NCBI GenBank assembly: GCA_977862235.1
Contig: OZ374564.1
Coordinates: 1,674,001-1,738,000, forward strand
Source of the DNA: Dudresnaya verticillata
Taxonomy: Eukaryota
Direction: 5' to 3'
DNA: 64,000 nucleotides
The translations under genes were made by a program, and so were the position numbers. The notes beneath the pieces are model-generated. The model was not told the DNA's origin. It ran no database searches and was given only the letters and a program-made list of their open reading frames with translations. Position 1 is the stretch's first letter. Every line of letters begins with the position of its first letter. Positions 23,791 to 35,291 of this stretch are shown one piece after another.

Positions 23791-24558
23791 CGTAGTATAG
23801 CTGTCAGCACCCCATCAGCAGCGGCTGTAAGGGGTGCGCAGCTACTCACTGTAATGGTGCGCACGATGACGCTCGCTGGCAGGTCGTGGTTGGGCAGCGT
23901 GCCCTTAGCTTTTTCGTTGATTTTGGTGGCGATCGCTCGCCTTACTGTCGGCAGCGGCGGCGCGCCGTGCCGCACACGGCGCGCCGCAGTGGCGTTTGCT
24001 GGCATCGAACCGTTGAGAGGGCCCCTGCCCGTTACGCCCCGCGCGCGCCCATGGGTATCCGTTACCCGGACGTGTCGACACGTGTATGGGCGCGCGCACG
24101 CACACCTCCCGCGTTGGTGCTGCAGGGCATACCCACTGTAGAGTAACCGTAACGTACATAGTGTAGGGTATTTAAGGCCGTCTTCCATCGACGGCTCAGT
24201 AAACCGGGCAAGAAACAGCTCGCGCTGAAGCTTGCTCCCATCGTCTTCGGGTTCGATCCCTTTTCCTTTACGCCAGCGGGCGGTTGTCCTTTTCCCCTTG
24301 CCTCGATAGGCTTTTCTTTTTCTTTCCTTTCCGTCCGCTTCGTGCCGCCCTTCAACAGGGACGCTGGGATCCGGCCGCTGCCTACCCGCGTACGGTACGC
24401 CCCGTGCGCGCTCCGGTATCGACGCCGTCGATCCGCACCTGTGGGGTACATACGGCCGACACCGCTCTACCACACAACAGCTACCCATCTACGGGTACGT
24501 GTGACGGCTTTGGACCAGCGAGTATCAGACGTCGGATCGACCCGACGTCTATACTACA
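23791..24558 (+). repeat. Orphan 3' LTR (768 bp) preceded by a polypurine tract
   Basis: CGTAGTATAG (TG mutated to CG)...CTATACTACA termini; GAGGGGGG at 23780-23787; no TSD match; homologous to solo LTR 9820-10656. Confidence 0.8.
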
Positions 24559-25656
24559 GATCCCAGTTTGGGTCTACAGCCCTGCAACGACGAGAGAACC
24601 ATTCGGGGCATCTTTTTGCGTGTGTAGGCCGGTGTAGGGTTGGAGCCCGTTGGAGGTAAACGCCGCCATATGCTGAGAAGCTCCGCGCCCGACAGCCGAG
24701 ACGATTGCGCCAAGAGGGGCGGTGTTGGGCACTTGGAAGGGGACAAATTCGGAGTTAACGACGAAGTTAGGCTGCATGGCGCGCACGTTGGATAGCAATG
24801 GAAGGGCATGTATGGTAATGGCTGCAAGGGTGAGGGTGGTGTGGCACAGGTGGGCGCCCACAGGTGCGGGTGGGTGCGGGTGGATGCGGTTGAGTGCGGG
24901 TGGGTGCCGGTGGGTGGGGCTGAAATGGCCCGCGTCTTGATTTGATCCGATCCCGTGCTGGGCCGCTCTCCGGCGGCGCGCGCGCGAACATATTGCAGTG
25001 TTTCGTATTGCTGTCAGTCTCGCGCGCGCGTGGTTTCACCGTAACCGCTGGGCGGCGGCGTCACCCACACTTCACCCTTACCCCTGGGTTGCACACACAA
25101 GTGGGTGCGAACTTCCACGCCTCAGGGTGGGTGACCAATGCGCATGCACCAAGTACTGGTTCTTTGAGTATAGAGTAAATCTATTGGTCGGAAACTCAAA
25201 CCTATCAGCGATTGAGTATGCTACATACTGAATATACAGCGCTTAGCCCGATTTTTGGTTCAGTATACAGTGCAACTATGGGCCCGCTAGGAGTTGACTG
25301 ACGCCCACCGCACCCCGGGTGCCACGTTACAGATCCCTTGGATTTCGACAGAATAGGCATGCGCATTTCGAGTCCAATTGCAAATGCGGCCTTTTGGAAC
25401 CATAGTAGAGTTTCTCTAATAGCCGTTTTTAATTAACAGAAAATGACACTAAACGCAGGCATATTTAGTCCATTGCACCAGACATCGTTTTAATTAGGAA
25501 CGCTCACATCAGTTAAAATGTATGCTATTTTGCGTTTGTCTCGAAAACGACTGTTTTAGTCAGTGCGACCCAGCCGGAGCACACTATCTTTCTCGACTGT
25601 TCAGATCCGCCGAGAGGCTTCCCTCCCTTCTGCCTCCTCCGGTATCTCCCGCCATC

Positions 25657-26558
25657 ATGAGTTCCGAGTCGCCTTCCTCGGGCATCAAGTCTCCATCCGC
25701 ATCACCTCCCCCTGCTTCCCCTCCTGCACACGCAGCCCCTCCGCCCACCCTAACTCCCTTGAATCGCCTTCTTCTCGCCCTTCGTCTGCAGCGTCAGCAG
25801 CGCAATCAAGCGTCACCACTCCGTCGACGATACCCTCTTCATCGCGCGAGTCTCGCTTCGTTCCCAACAAAGTCGAGCGCGCTTGGCTTCTCACGCAGCT
25901 GGCCGTCTTAGGCGCTCCTGTACAAAAAGGGAGAACGCTTGAGGCCACGTGCGGACAGGTTGCAACAATGGCTCGCTCGCGTCACGTCAACGATGCATTA
26001 ATTGTTCAAGAGCAGCAATCCTGTGGTATGTCATGGAGGCGGGACTACATGGCTGCGACCAAACCAAACAACGTCCTCTACATCGCTTCTATAGCCTTGA
26101 AGCAAGCTAGACAGGTCATCGTTGCAGAGAAGGTGGACGAGGATGGAAGTGCTGGTGAGGACAACATAGAATTTGCGGCGGTTAGGCCTGGTCGTAAGGA
26201 AGGTGACGCCCAGAACGTTTTAGACCAGGCTCTCCTCCTGTATAAGGCCAAGGCCGCGAAGCGCATCTCTACATCTGCAGACGGATCTGCAAAGATGCTG
26301 GCACGTCGCCAGGAATCCCGCAAGGAGAAGGCAGAAAGGTTGCAGAAGAGGAAAAGAGCGTACGAGGCGGAGAAACAGAAGAAGGAAGATGCAAAGAAGA
26401 AGCGAGACGACGAGCGCCGTGCTGCCGAGCGCCGAGTCCTCCGCTTCGGTCGCCTACGGCTCCCTACGCTGCGGACTTTGCGCTCGCCGCTCCGCGCGCC
26501 GCTCGGGCGAACAAGAAACGAGGCATTTACTTTAATTCGACAGCGCAGTTCTTTCTAG
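25657..26558 (+). pseudogene. Harbinger companion ORF (expected Myb/SANT-like DNA-binding partner), probable frameshift near the 5' end
   Basis: Position opposite the transposase; Ser/Pro-rich start, AWLLTQLAVLGAP...CGQVA segment and a highly charged helical tail. The Myb fold is inferred from context only. Confidence 0.55.
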
Positions 26559-27734
26559 TTTCTCTTCGTAGCGCGATCGAGGCTGCAGTGCATACCCGCG
26601 AGCGTCAAATACCCAGTTGGATACCATGCAGGCGGTCTGGTACGCTAGAGGGAATAGCTCGTCCTCAAATGCCCAGCGCCCCAGGAACAATCTATGTCTG
26701 TTGTTTATAAAGCCAATCCCCCATTCGTTCACCATGCGTTGCTTCCTTATATCGCGATTATGTGCCACTCGGTACATCCAGGATGTGCTTTCGTTGCGCT
26801 TATACGGCACAACGATACCCCCGTCGCCTGAAAACCCCATGTCTGCCATGCCGTGCTGTGCACCAGTCAAGTAGCTCTCTCGGTTCTGGTACACATCCGA
26901 CTCCGTGTAGAGTGTGCGGTCAGACTCCGCACCCTTGTCGGTGACCTCAACGCGTATGAAGCGACCAAAGAGATCGCAAAAGACGAGAATAGAGAAACAG
27001 TGTGCCTTCTTATATCCACCGTACGCTCTTTCCTGTGCCGCTGCGTCCTTCGGTCTCCACCTCTTGTTTTTGTTTCCGCCCACGAAAAACACACAGGACG
27101 GAAACCCTATCACAAGCCCTTCCATATCCTTTCTCTCTTCGTGTCCCGGGCATCTAATCAGCGCCGGGGACAGGTCGTCCAAAGCTTTGTGCAGTCCGAC
27201 GAGTACATGTCGGAAGTAGTTCGATATGGAGCCGACAGAAAGCCCATACTTCAGAGCGACGTGTTCCAGCCCTTGCCTTCCCTCGTTCGCACCGCCTAGA
27301 ATGTCGAAGAACATGAATAACATTTCTACAGTACCAAGTTTGCGCTTTCGTGGCGTCCGCAGGACAGCGTCATTCTCGGCGCGCACATTAAATGCCTTCG
27401 CCAGTTCTTGTTGGCAGACGCCATGAAGAGCGTCAAACGTTTCGCGGGAAAGATGCGTGATCTTCTCAAAGAGGAGTATGTCGGCATCTATCTCGCGCAC
27501 AAAGTTATAAATTCCGGAAGCTGCTCTTCGAACATATGTTGCCTTTTTTCCATCCACACAGTTGCCCCGTCCAGGCCCGACTTGTTCTTCTTCGTCCGAC
27601 GGCTCGTCTGCTGGTAGGCGGTTTGAAAGGGAGGAAAAATGGAGGAGAAGGTTACTGGTGTGCTGCAGCTGGGCCTGGCACTGTTGGAACATGGCCAGAG
27701 CTGTTAGGATGTCGCCCTCGTCGTCAACGCTCAT
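26532..27734 (-). CDS. PIF/Harbinger (HARBI1-like, DDE_Tnp_4-type) transposase, 400 aa; first catalytic Asp appears mutated
   Basis: GFPSCVFFVGG (expected IDG), YGGYKKAH, GAESD, MADMGF, VVPYK, HNRDIRKQRMVNEWGIG. Confidence 0.9.
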   Translation of the reverse strand: MSVDDEGDILTALAMFQQCQAQLQHTSNLLLHFSSLSNRLPADEPSDEEEQVGPGRGNCVDGKKATYVRRAASGIYNFVREIDADILLFEKITHLSRETFDALHGVCQQELAKAFNVRAENDAVLRTPRKRKLGTVEMLFMFFDILGGANEGRQGLEHVALKYGLSVGSISNYFRHVLVGLHKALDDLSPALIRCPGHEERKDMEGLVIGFPSCVFFVGGNKNKRWRPKDAAAQERAYGGYKKAHCFSILVFCDLFGRFIRVEVTDKGAESDRTLYTESDVYQNRESYLTGAQHGMADMGFSGDGGIVVPYKRNESTSWMYRVAHNRDIRKQRMVNEWGIGFINNRHRLFLGRWAFEDELFPLAYQTACMVSNWVFDARGYALQPRSRYEEKLERTALSN

Positions 27735-28487
27735 GACTGATGCTCCCCAGCACGGTGGACAGGAATGCGGAGCTCACAGGGCCGGGCGTGTTTACTTCGT
27801 ACAGTACTGAATCTCGACTATTTCCCTACTAATAAAAAATAATAAATGGACGTGTTTTGGGGGCATTAGAAATAGCATCTCTTTGCGGTAATTAAAAACA
27901 GCTAATAGCGTTTAAAATCTTAAGTGCGGACTACAATAATAACATTGAAGAGTATAATGGAGAGCATAAATTACTTAGGCCATTATTCCTTCACAGTGGT
28001 AACAGTACTGGGATGCAGTGCTCTGAAGTTGAGAACAAATCTGCTTCTCTTCCCAATGCCTGCTCACGGCTAAGGACAAACCGCAAATAATCATAGCCTT
28101 CCTGGAAACATCAGGCCATTCCATATCCCTCTGGCTATTAAGGTGAACAACTGCATCTGCAACGGGGGAAAGAAAAGGAATCTTTGTAGGGTTTTCAACC
28201 GCCCCCTGGAGCCATCCACGGTAGCCATCCAGTCGCCCTGCTGGATCTTCTAAGGCATTAACGCCTCGCAACGGAGCTTGTACGCATCCTTAATCTTTGA
28301 TATTATGAATTGATACGCAGGCTGAACCTTATCTGTAGAGTTGGCTAGAAAATTCCGAAACTCGGTGTTGATGTTTCCGAGAGCGTCATGAAACGCATCG
28401 CTTTCATTATTCTCAGGGCAATTATCCACATAAAAATGCGCATCTGTTGATTAGGCAATGCCTTGAGCTTTCAAGTTTCAAATAGAT

Positions 28488-29339
28488 TGTTGTATAAAGA
28501 ATGTCTACGGAGACGCGGGGAAATCTCGCACTGTAAGGGATGGCCTCGGAGCCCAACGTGTGGCCTCGTAGGCTGAGGGAACACGAAGAAAGGAAAAGGG
28601 GTGGTGGCGTGGTAGAGAGGAGTGACCAACACGAAGGACCGCGGTGTCGACGTATTCGTGCGCGGAAGGGAGAACTCGAGCAATCGATCACCGGGGATGA
28701 CGCCGGGTGCGCGGGGCTATCGAAAGCGAGGCTCGACCGTATCCGCGGTCACGAGCACGAAGACAGCGAATTCGAAGACACAGACGGCTACCGAAGACTC
28801 CGAGGTCCCGGCGCTAGTCGTTTACCGAAGACCGTCGGAGGTCGTGCCAGACGATTGGATAAGTGCTACTACGTGAGCAAGAATACACGGCAACACGGGA
28901 GACGGTTCGTAGTCCAATGATTCGTAACGGCCTCGGTGCCAACGAACGGTCGTCTCACGTATGGTGGCGGTTACGAAGTGGGCCAGCGATGCATACGGAG
29001 GTGCACGCGCGTCGTGGTTCTCGGAGCCGTTACGCGCAGGAAACAACGGGAAAACCACGAAGATGTCAGCGATCTCGTATCGGGTGCGCACTCTAATGCG
29101 AATTGCCATCGTGGCGCGCACGATCACGAAGTCAGCTCGGAACTCGTCCGGAGGTGCCAGCGATTTCGTATCGCATGCGCACTGCAATGCGAATGACATC
29201 GAATCGCGCGCACAGTATGCGCACTGTAATACGTTTGCCATCGTGGCGTGCACGTTCACGGAGTCAGCTCGGAATTCTTATTTCTCGATTATTTTCACGT
29301 AGACCACGGAGTCGTTTTGCGCACAGCGTCTATAACACA
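28488..29339 (-). mobile_element. Probable old solo LTR with internal ~38-bp direct repeat
   Basis: GC-rich island in AT-richer flanks; imperfect TGT...ACA termini (8/11); flanks TAGAT/TGAAT match only 3/5; repeat GCCATCGTGGCG...GTCAGCTCGGAA at ~29106 and ~29237. Confidence 0.5.
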
Positions 29340-29699
29340 TGAATAACAATATTGAAAGAAACTAAAACTGTTTTACTTCACGTTGAAAAGCTTAGACAGT
29401 AGCATCGTTATGTGAGTACCTAAGTAGGCAAATACTAAGAAAACCTTATCAAAGGTCGGAGGAATCCGGAGAGAGAAGTCATTCTACAGCTTCTTGATAT
29501 CGGTTCCTTTGATGCAGCCATATTGTTTGCGTTCACGTCGCGGCTGTATATGTGTCACCCAGTGATCATCTGAAAACAACATATTTGACTTGAAACTTGA
29601 GGAAAACCTCTTCTGTGTGTAACGGGAGAAAAAGAAAAAGAGAGAGAGAAACAATGATGACTTGTTTGATGCGTCCCGTAGGCAAGGGCGGGGAGGAGG

Positions 29700-30014
29700 G
29701 AAAACAAGCGACGACGTGGGGAAAGACTTTGTGAGAAGCTGGACTGGTTGGCGCTCATATCCCCTTGAGAACTGTTCGCGGCTTGAGTGAAACCTGTTGG
29801 TGAGCGCAGATCCCATCCCATCTTGGGTTACGGTCATCCTGGTAACGGTTGGAATTGTCCCTGTCGTAGCCGTTAACGGAGACCATTTCAACATACGATA
29901 TATCGGTCGTTCTCTATACTTTCGATATAGTCTCTCGTTTTATCAAGAGGTTTCCGTTGCGCGAAGCCCCTTATTCAAATTCACGTATCATTATTAATGA
30001 TCTGGGATCAATAC
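29700..30014 (-). repeat. 3' terminal direct repeat of the DIRS-order element
   Basis: Roughly 90% identical by eye to 34025-34230 + 46603-46701. Confidence 0.9.
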
Positions 30015-30053
30015 CAATTTTGAAATGCCAAAAGGCCTACGAGGCTTCGGAGG

Positions 30054-31364
30054 TTACAACAAGTGACCGAAGAAGAAAAAGGAATCTGCGGATTGTTGCA
30101 CACGGGCATCAACATACTTGGTCTCGAGAGTCTTCGAGTTTGGAGTCCAATCGCCCCACACTTTCATATGGTAGATTGGGACGGCGATTGCGGCGCATTC
30201 GGACGCTGCGGCAATGCGGAGGGAGTGAGATGTCCAAGAGACGCGAGGTGGTGCAGTGACTGATATGCGCTTGAGGCAGAAGTTAAGCCAAGAGGTAACC
30301 AGTCGTGCGGAAGGGGTGTACCGGGAACCCGGGAGAGCCCATTAGTAACTGCTTTGTGAGCGGATCGAGCGCCTGATGCCGTCATATCGAACGAGTACGG
30401 CGATAGGGCTTTCACCGAATCTCGGGTTGCGGCGATACGACAGGATGTGTGGTATCGTGGTCTTATCCTTGCAGAGGCAGACGGCGAGGTCGACTGCGTT
30501 GAGCGTGACGCGTATGTCGCAGAGCTTGAGGGCGGTGCTCGACTCGCCACGCGCGAAGAGCAGTAGGCTGGTGATGACAGCCGTGGCGTTACGGATGAAG
30601 ATGAGGTCGTAGTCTGGAGCGGCGGTAGCCACTTGTAAAATTCTTCGCATAATTGTTGCAGGGATCGGGCGGCGTTCATTGACGGCGTCTGGATTGTCTG
30701 CTATCTTACGGTCGTGATCGGCGGTTTCGTAGGCAGCGAGTGGAAGTTGAAGAAGCGGGGTGTATTCGAGCGAAACCCCCTCTCTGGCGTGGTTGGTGGC
30801 GACTGCTGAGATGTAGTTGCGAACTGAGGCACCTCCGACTTTATTGGCGTCGAATAGGTAGCCGAGGTATCGGAGAGGCGAGCGTTCGTCTCCTTGATAC
30901 GGGTCGAGATGTTCCAGTCGACAGAAAAGAAGCCAGGTATTGAAGACAGACTGGTTGGAGCGCCAGGTTTTGGGGGCACGAGCCTTGTAGATGATACTGG
31001 GTACTGAGGCGCCGCCACCCGATTCTCCCAAGCTAGATTTGATGATTATTGATTGTCGGAGGACGTTGAGAGCCAGAGTGTCGTTCTGATTTCCCAAATT
31101 GCAATCTTCCAAGGTGGAGCCGGCATGTGCGGCCCGGCCCAGATTGGAGGGAGGTAAACCGCTTGTGCGTCGAACAGCACTGGTTTTGTTAGTCCTGACA
31201 GAGGGGCGCACTAGGACTGGGCGGGCCAGAATGGCGTGGCCAGAAGACCGGTCGCTTGCTCTTGTAATATCTTTGTCGTGACCAGAGGGAGCAGCTTGAG
31301 AAGACGGTTCCAGAAGTTGTTTGCGCCTGACCAGTGCTGCGTCAGAGCGTCTACGGTGAGGCAA
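30054..31364 (-). pseudogene. Tyrosine recombinase of the DIRS-order element (one in-frame stop at 30342-30344)
   Basis: SAM-like N domain (WLLFC...YLGYL...VRNYISAV), LLLFARGES (catalytic Arg), then past the stop SHSLRIAAAS (HxxR), WGDW and KYVD (catalytic Tyr). True start codon uncertain. Confidence 0.92.
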
Positions 31365-33022
31365 CCCGGAGACGAGAACCCGCTTCTGAAACGAGAGCAG
31401 AGCGTGTTGAGATTGTCTGCGAAGCGATCGATTGTCTGAGGGAGTGACTGGAGGAGTGGTCGTATGGCCTTGGTGTTGATCCGCGAGTCATCGAGCGTCT
31501 GTAGTCGTGAAAGTCGGTCGGCGAAGCGGTTGACAGCTGACGGGAGATACTCTGATTCGATGGTGATTCCCAGCTTGAGTAGCAATCAGTGCAGGGCTCG
31601 GGGTTCCACCATCATGGGTCGGGATTGGGAGACTATCGCCTTGAGTATGGCCACAACCGGTTGATTGTCTCCCAGAATTTGAGGTGGGAGCCTTGGTGGT
31701 CTTGGAGCTGGACCATGAAGGCACGTAAGTTGTCGGTAACGGCGCGCAGCTCCAGTAATGTGATGGGATTGACACGGAACGTAGGGTCCCATAGTCTCCG
31801 AGCTTCCCATATTCCTGGGGTGCCCGGTCTGAGGTCGAATCCCAATATTCCACCCATTCCAATCGTTGTCGATGCGTCCGATTGTAGTGAGAGATTGGGT
31901 GTTGCTGCTCGAATACAGCGGGAGGACGGAGACTTGATTAGATCTCGCCAGTGGCGCAGGTCCCGGAGAGCCGCGTGGATCAGGTGTACTCTGGAGCCCG
32001 ATTTGTTCTTCATCGACTCGTAGAGAGACCGAGTGTAGAACCGGGCGAGGGGCATGGCCAGCAAGCATGAGACGGCGACACCGCAAAAGTGGCGTAGCAG
32101 CTCTAGTTGAACCAGGCGGCGGTTTCTGAGGGCTTGGTTGAGTAACCGTCGAGATAAGTCTCGAAACTTGACGAGTCTTGCTTCGGTAATTCCGAAGGTC
32201 ATCAGTTTGGTGTCCACTATGAAGCCGAGATATTCGATTCGAGTGTACCCCTCCCAGCAGCCCTTTACTTCTTTGTGCTTGAGTCCAAGCTCGGTGAGTA
32301 GATTTTCTGATCTGAAGGCGCGCGAGTGTTAACTCGACCCGGGTTTTGACTGCCAGGATAAAGTCGTCCATATAGGGATGAATCCGAATTCCGAGGGTGT
32401 AGAAGATGTATCGCACTAGAGGTCCAACGATTTTGATGAAGTAGGCTGGTGAAAGTTTCGAGCCGAAAGGTAACGCGATACAGCGAAAGTATCGGCCATC
32501 GATTCGGAATATGAACCAGTTGCGTATCGAAGGGTGTAGTCGGAAATGGAGATAACCCTTCTCGATGTCGAATGAGAAGAGGTAGTCTCCTTGGCCAATT
32601 TCCAGAGCGAAAGACTCCAAGGTTTCCATCTTGACCGGTTGTGACTTGAAGAGGTGTGATTGTCGGCTGAGGTTGACACCCAGCCGAGGCTTTTCTTTTT
32701 GGTGCACAACGAAGGAGTTCGAGATTGGGAAACCCTTCTGGTTGAGTGAGCGAGCCAGGGAGGGTAATATCTTTTCGTAGATACGACGTTTCTTGAAGGA
32801 TTCCAATTCGGTTCGGACCCATGACACGTCCTCTCCATGGATCGGGATGGGTGGAAGCACGAAGTAGGTCTTGAGCGATTTGTGGGGCTTCTCGTACACC
32901 CCGAACTTGATTGCTCTGACGACAAAGTCCGAAGCAAAGAGCGTTTCGGACCAGACGGATACCGCAGTCTGAGTGTGCCGCCAGAGACATGGTTCGGCGG
33001 CTGCGGTTGGACTTGAGGACAT
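31211..33022 (-). pseudogene. DIRS RT - RNase H - methyltransferase-like ORF, disrupted
   Basis: FDIEKGYLHF, ALPFG, YMDD; QSDAS, ITLLELRAV, DNQ, NRFADRLSR; then IDRFA...DALTQHW...FWN..LLPLV..KI.......TPFWPAQ (DIRS MT domain, NPP motif altered). Confidence 0.92.
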
Positions 33023-33928
33023 TGCTTGTCGGCCTTGTCGTCGAATTTTCCGCCTCGGGTCTTGTCTTTGTCCCTACTCTTGTCTTTGTTCCGGGTCTTG
33101 GAGCCGCTTGAGGAGTTCTTGGTGGTTTGCTTGTTGAACGCCTTGGCATACGCTATAGAGCGAAGAGCGGCAAACTTCTGCTTGGTAGAGCGGTAAACGG
33201 TCGAACCGTAAGCTTGATCTTCCTCACGGAGGTATTTCTGCAGGAGAATGGCCTCAGATTTACCGTAATCGGCGGCGTCTGCGAAGAAGTCGACCCTTTC
33301 TTGTACACGCTCGTAAGCAGAACGGGAGTAATGGTGAAGCACTGAGAGGTAGGATGTGATATCATCGGCGTTCCCAGCTTGAATCGCTTGGAGATGGGCG
33401 CTGGCCAGAACTTGCTCAAGGTTGGCTCCGACGTTCCAGAGGAATTCTGTTTCCCAGCTGTCTCGTGTGTCGGCACTCTTGTTCTTAGAGAATAGGCCTG
33501 AGTCTTCGGCGATGAAACGCTGGGCCGGAAATCGGGCGAGATGTGTCGGTTTCCTGAACAGCCAAGCTTGCCCATATCACCATAAACGCCCCGAGTAGCG
33601 ATTACGAAGACGCAGCTTGGAGAGATGGAGCCGGTAGGACAACCCGGAGATAGTCTGGAGCGTAAACGTCTTCAGGGGTGTCTTGCAGTTGAGACGGAGG
33701 TGCTGTGGGAGGTGCAACAGCAGCGTTGGTAGTGGGTGCCGTGGCAAGAGCAACAGCGGTGGATGCGGTAGGTGGCAGGGTCGAAGAACCGGGCTGGTGT
33801 CCAGGGTTGAGAACTGTAAGCAGTTCGGCAAGCTGAGTTTTGATTCCTGAGATGTCCACTTCAAAAGTGGCCACCTTGTTAACGAGCGTTGAATTCGAAC
33901 TTTCGGAACTTGAATCTTCATTTGGCAT
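33000..33928 (-). pseudogene. DIRS gag-like ORF1, disrupted
   Basis: Begins MPNEDSS... after the 5' repeat; coiled-coil start, Pro/Ala linker and basic tail overlapping the RT ORF start. Confidence 0.65.
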
Positions 33929-34452
33929 TGTACCGGTGGAGAGGGAAGGATGGTGGTGAAGAAAGGCGTAGTCTGAACGTCGTCCATGCCAACGGATTCT
34001 CTGGCAGGAGCTTGGTTTCGTGTTGAAAACAAGCGACGACTTGGGGAAAGACTTTGTGAGAAGCTGGACTTGTTGGCGATAGTATCCCCTTGAAAACTGT
34101 TCGCGGCTTGAGTGAAACCTTTTGGTGAGCGCACGTCCCATCCCATCTTGTGTTACGGCAATCCTGGTAACGGGTGGAATTGTCCCTGCCGTATCCGTTC
34201 TCGGAGACCATTTCAAAACACAATAATCGGTGTATTAGTATGGCAAGACGAGCCAGTACCCCTGTGCCCCGTCAAACGACAAGGACAGCTTTCCTGTGCG
34301 TGCACACACCCTAAATAGGGTAGCGCAAAATGGGGAGTTGGTTGAAACTTGAGGGAAAAGGGGAAAAGGCTAGCGTGCTTGAAAAAAGGGAAAAAAGGGC
34401 GGAGGCACCCTAAACGTCGTAGATTACAAAGCCGGACGAGGCTAAAGATTGT

Positions 34453-35127
34453 TGTGGTGAAGCGGCCGTTTCGGAGTGCGGACGACGGTTGAGCCGACCC
34501 GCGCCCGGCGCAGTGGTGAGCTGGCGCCAAAAGCCGAAACGGAGTGCAGCGACACAGTAGGACTGTACGCCTTGCTGGAGTCTGCGCGCACCACCAATAG
34601 GAGTCAAGTAGTTGATTTATTTGTAATTAGGTAATTATAATCATGCTGTACAGTACGTAGTGTCAGCAGGCCAATAAGAATGCCGAGCATGTCCGCAACG
34701 GTGACCGGGACCAGTAGGGCCGGACCCACCTGGTGGCCCAGACCCATTGGGGTCTGGCCCACACGGACCGGACCGTGGGGCGTATCTCCCAGTATATTAA
34801 TGGGTGGCCACCGCGAGTCCTACAGTAAACGGGTACGCAACCCTGGGCAAAGTGACTTACCCTAAGCCTTACCCTCATACTCCTTTACGGTTTCCCCTCG
34901 CCAGCCCCATGCACGGATTCCTCCTACCTCCGTCCCGGTGTAGCTGCCCTGGCACTGTACCGTCCCCCTTGTCTGTTGCGTCCCTTTACTCCTTACAGGT
35001 GTTGCCGCTCGAGGTACTCCCTTCGGTCTACGAACTAAGCTCTACCACCCCGGTGCCGTGTGAGATCACTCCTTATTGGGATTGCCTGATCAGCTCTCCT
35101 TACAGGTGTGCCTTTCACTTCACCACA
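34453..35127 (+). repeat. 5' LTR of Gypsy element 2
   Basis: TGTGGTGAAG...CTTCACCACA; about 14 substitutions versus the 3' LTR by eye. Confidence 0.97.
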
Positions 35128-35133
35128 TCTTTT

Positions 35134-35151
35134 TGGTCTCCCGACCTAGAA
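35134..35151 (+). promoter_or_regulatory. Primer-binding site of Gypsy element 2 (probably tRNA-Tyr)
   Basis: TGGTCTCCCGACCTAGAA, 6 nt after the LTR. Confidence 0.82.
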
Positions 35152-35291
35152 GGCCGTCAAGGTAGAAGAATCTCCGTTGGACTCCGCTTCGGTAGGAGGT
35201 CAGCTTCGTGACAACTCCGTATTGGTGTAAAGGCAGGACAAGGCAAAAAACTCGTTGACTCCGTTTTGGTAACCTACGAATAGAAGAACAA

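Larger units (their letters stand above)
25407..27920. mobile_element. PIF/Harbinger DNA transposon
   Basis: Inverted repeats 25416-25436 and 27888-27908 (18/21 match) flank two convergent ORFs, one a Harbinger transposase. Exact termini and TSD are degraded. Confidence 0.82.

Noticed and set aside
3..24558. LTR 3-873 and LTR 23791-24558 as the two ends of one element
   Set aside because: Different termini, lengths and sequence; not a direct-repeat pair.
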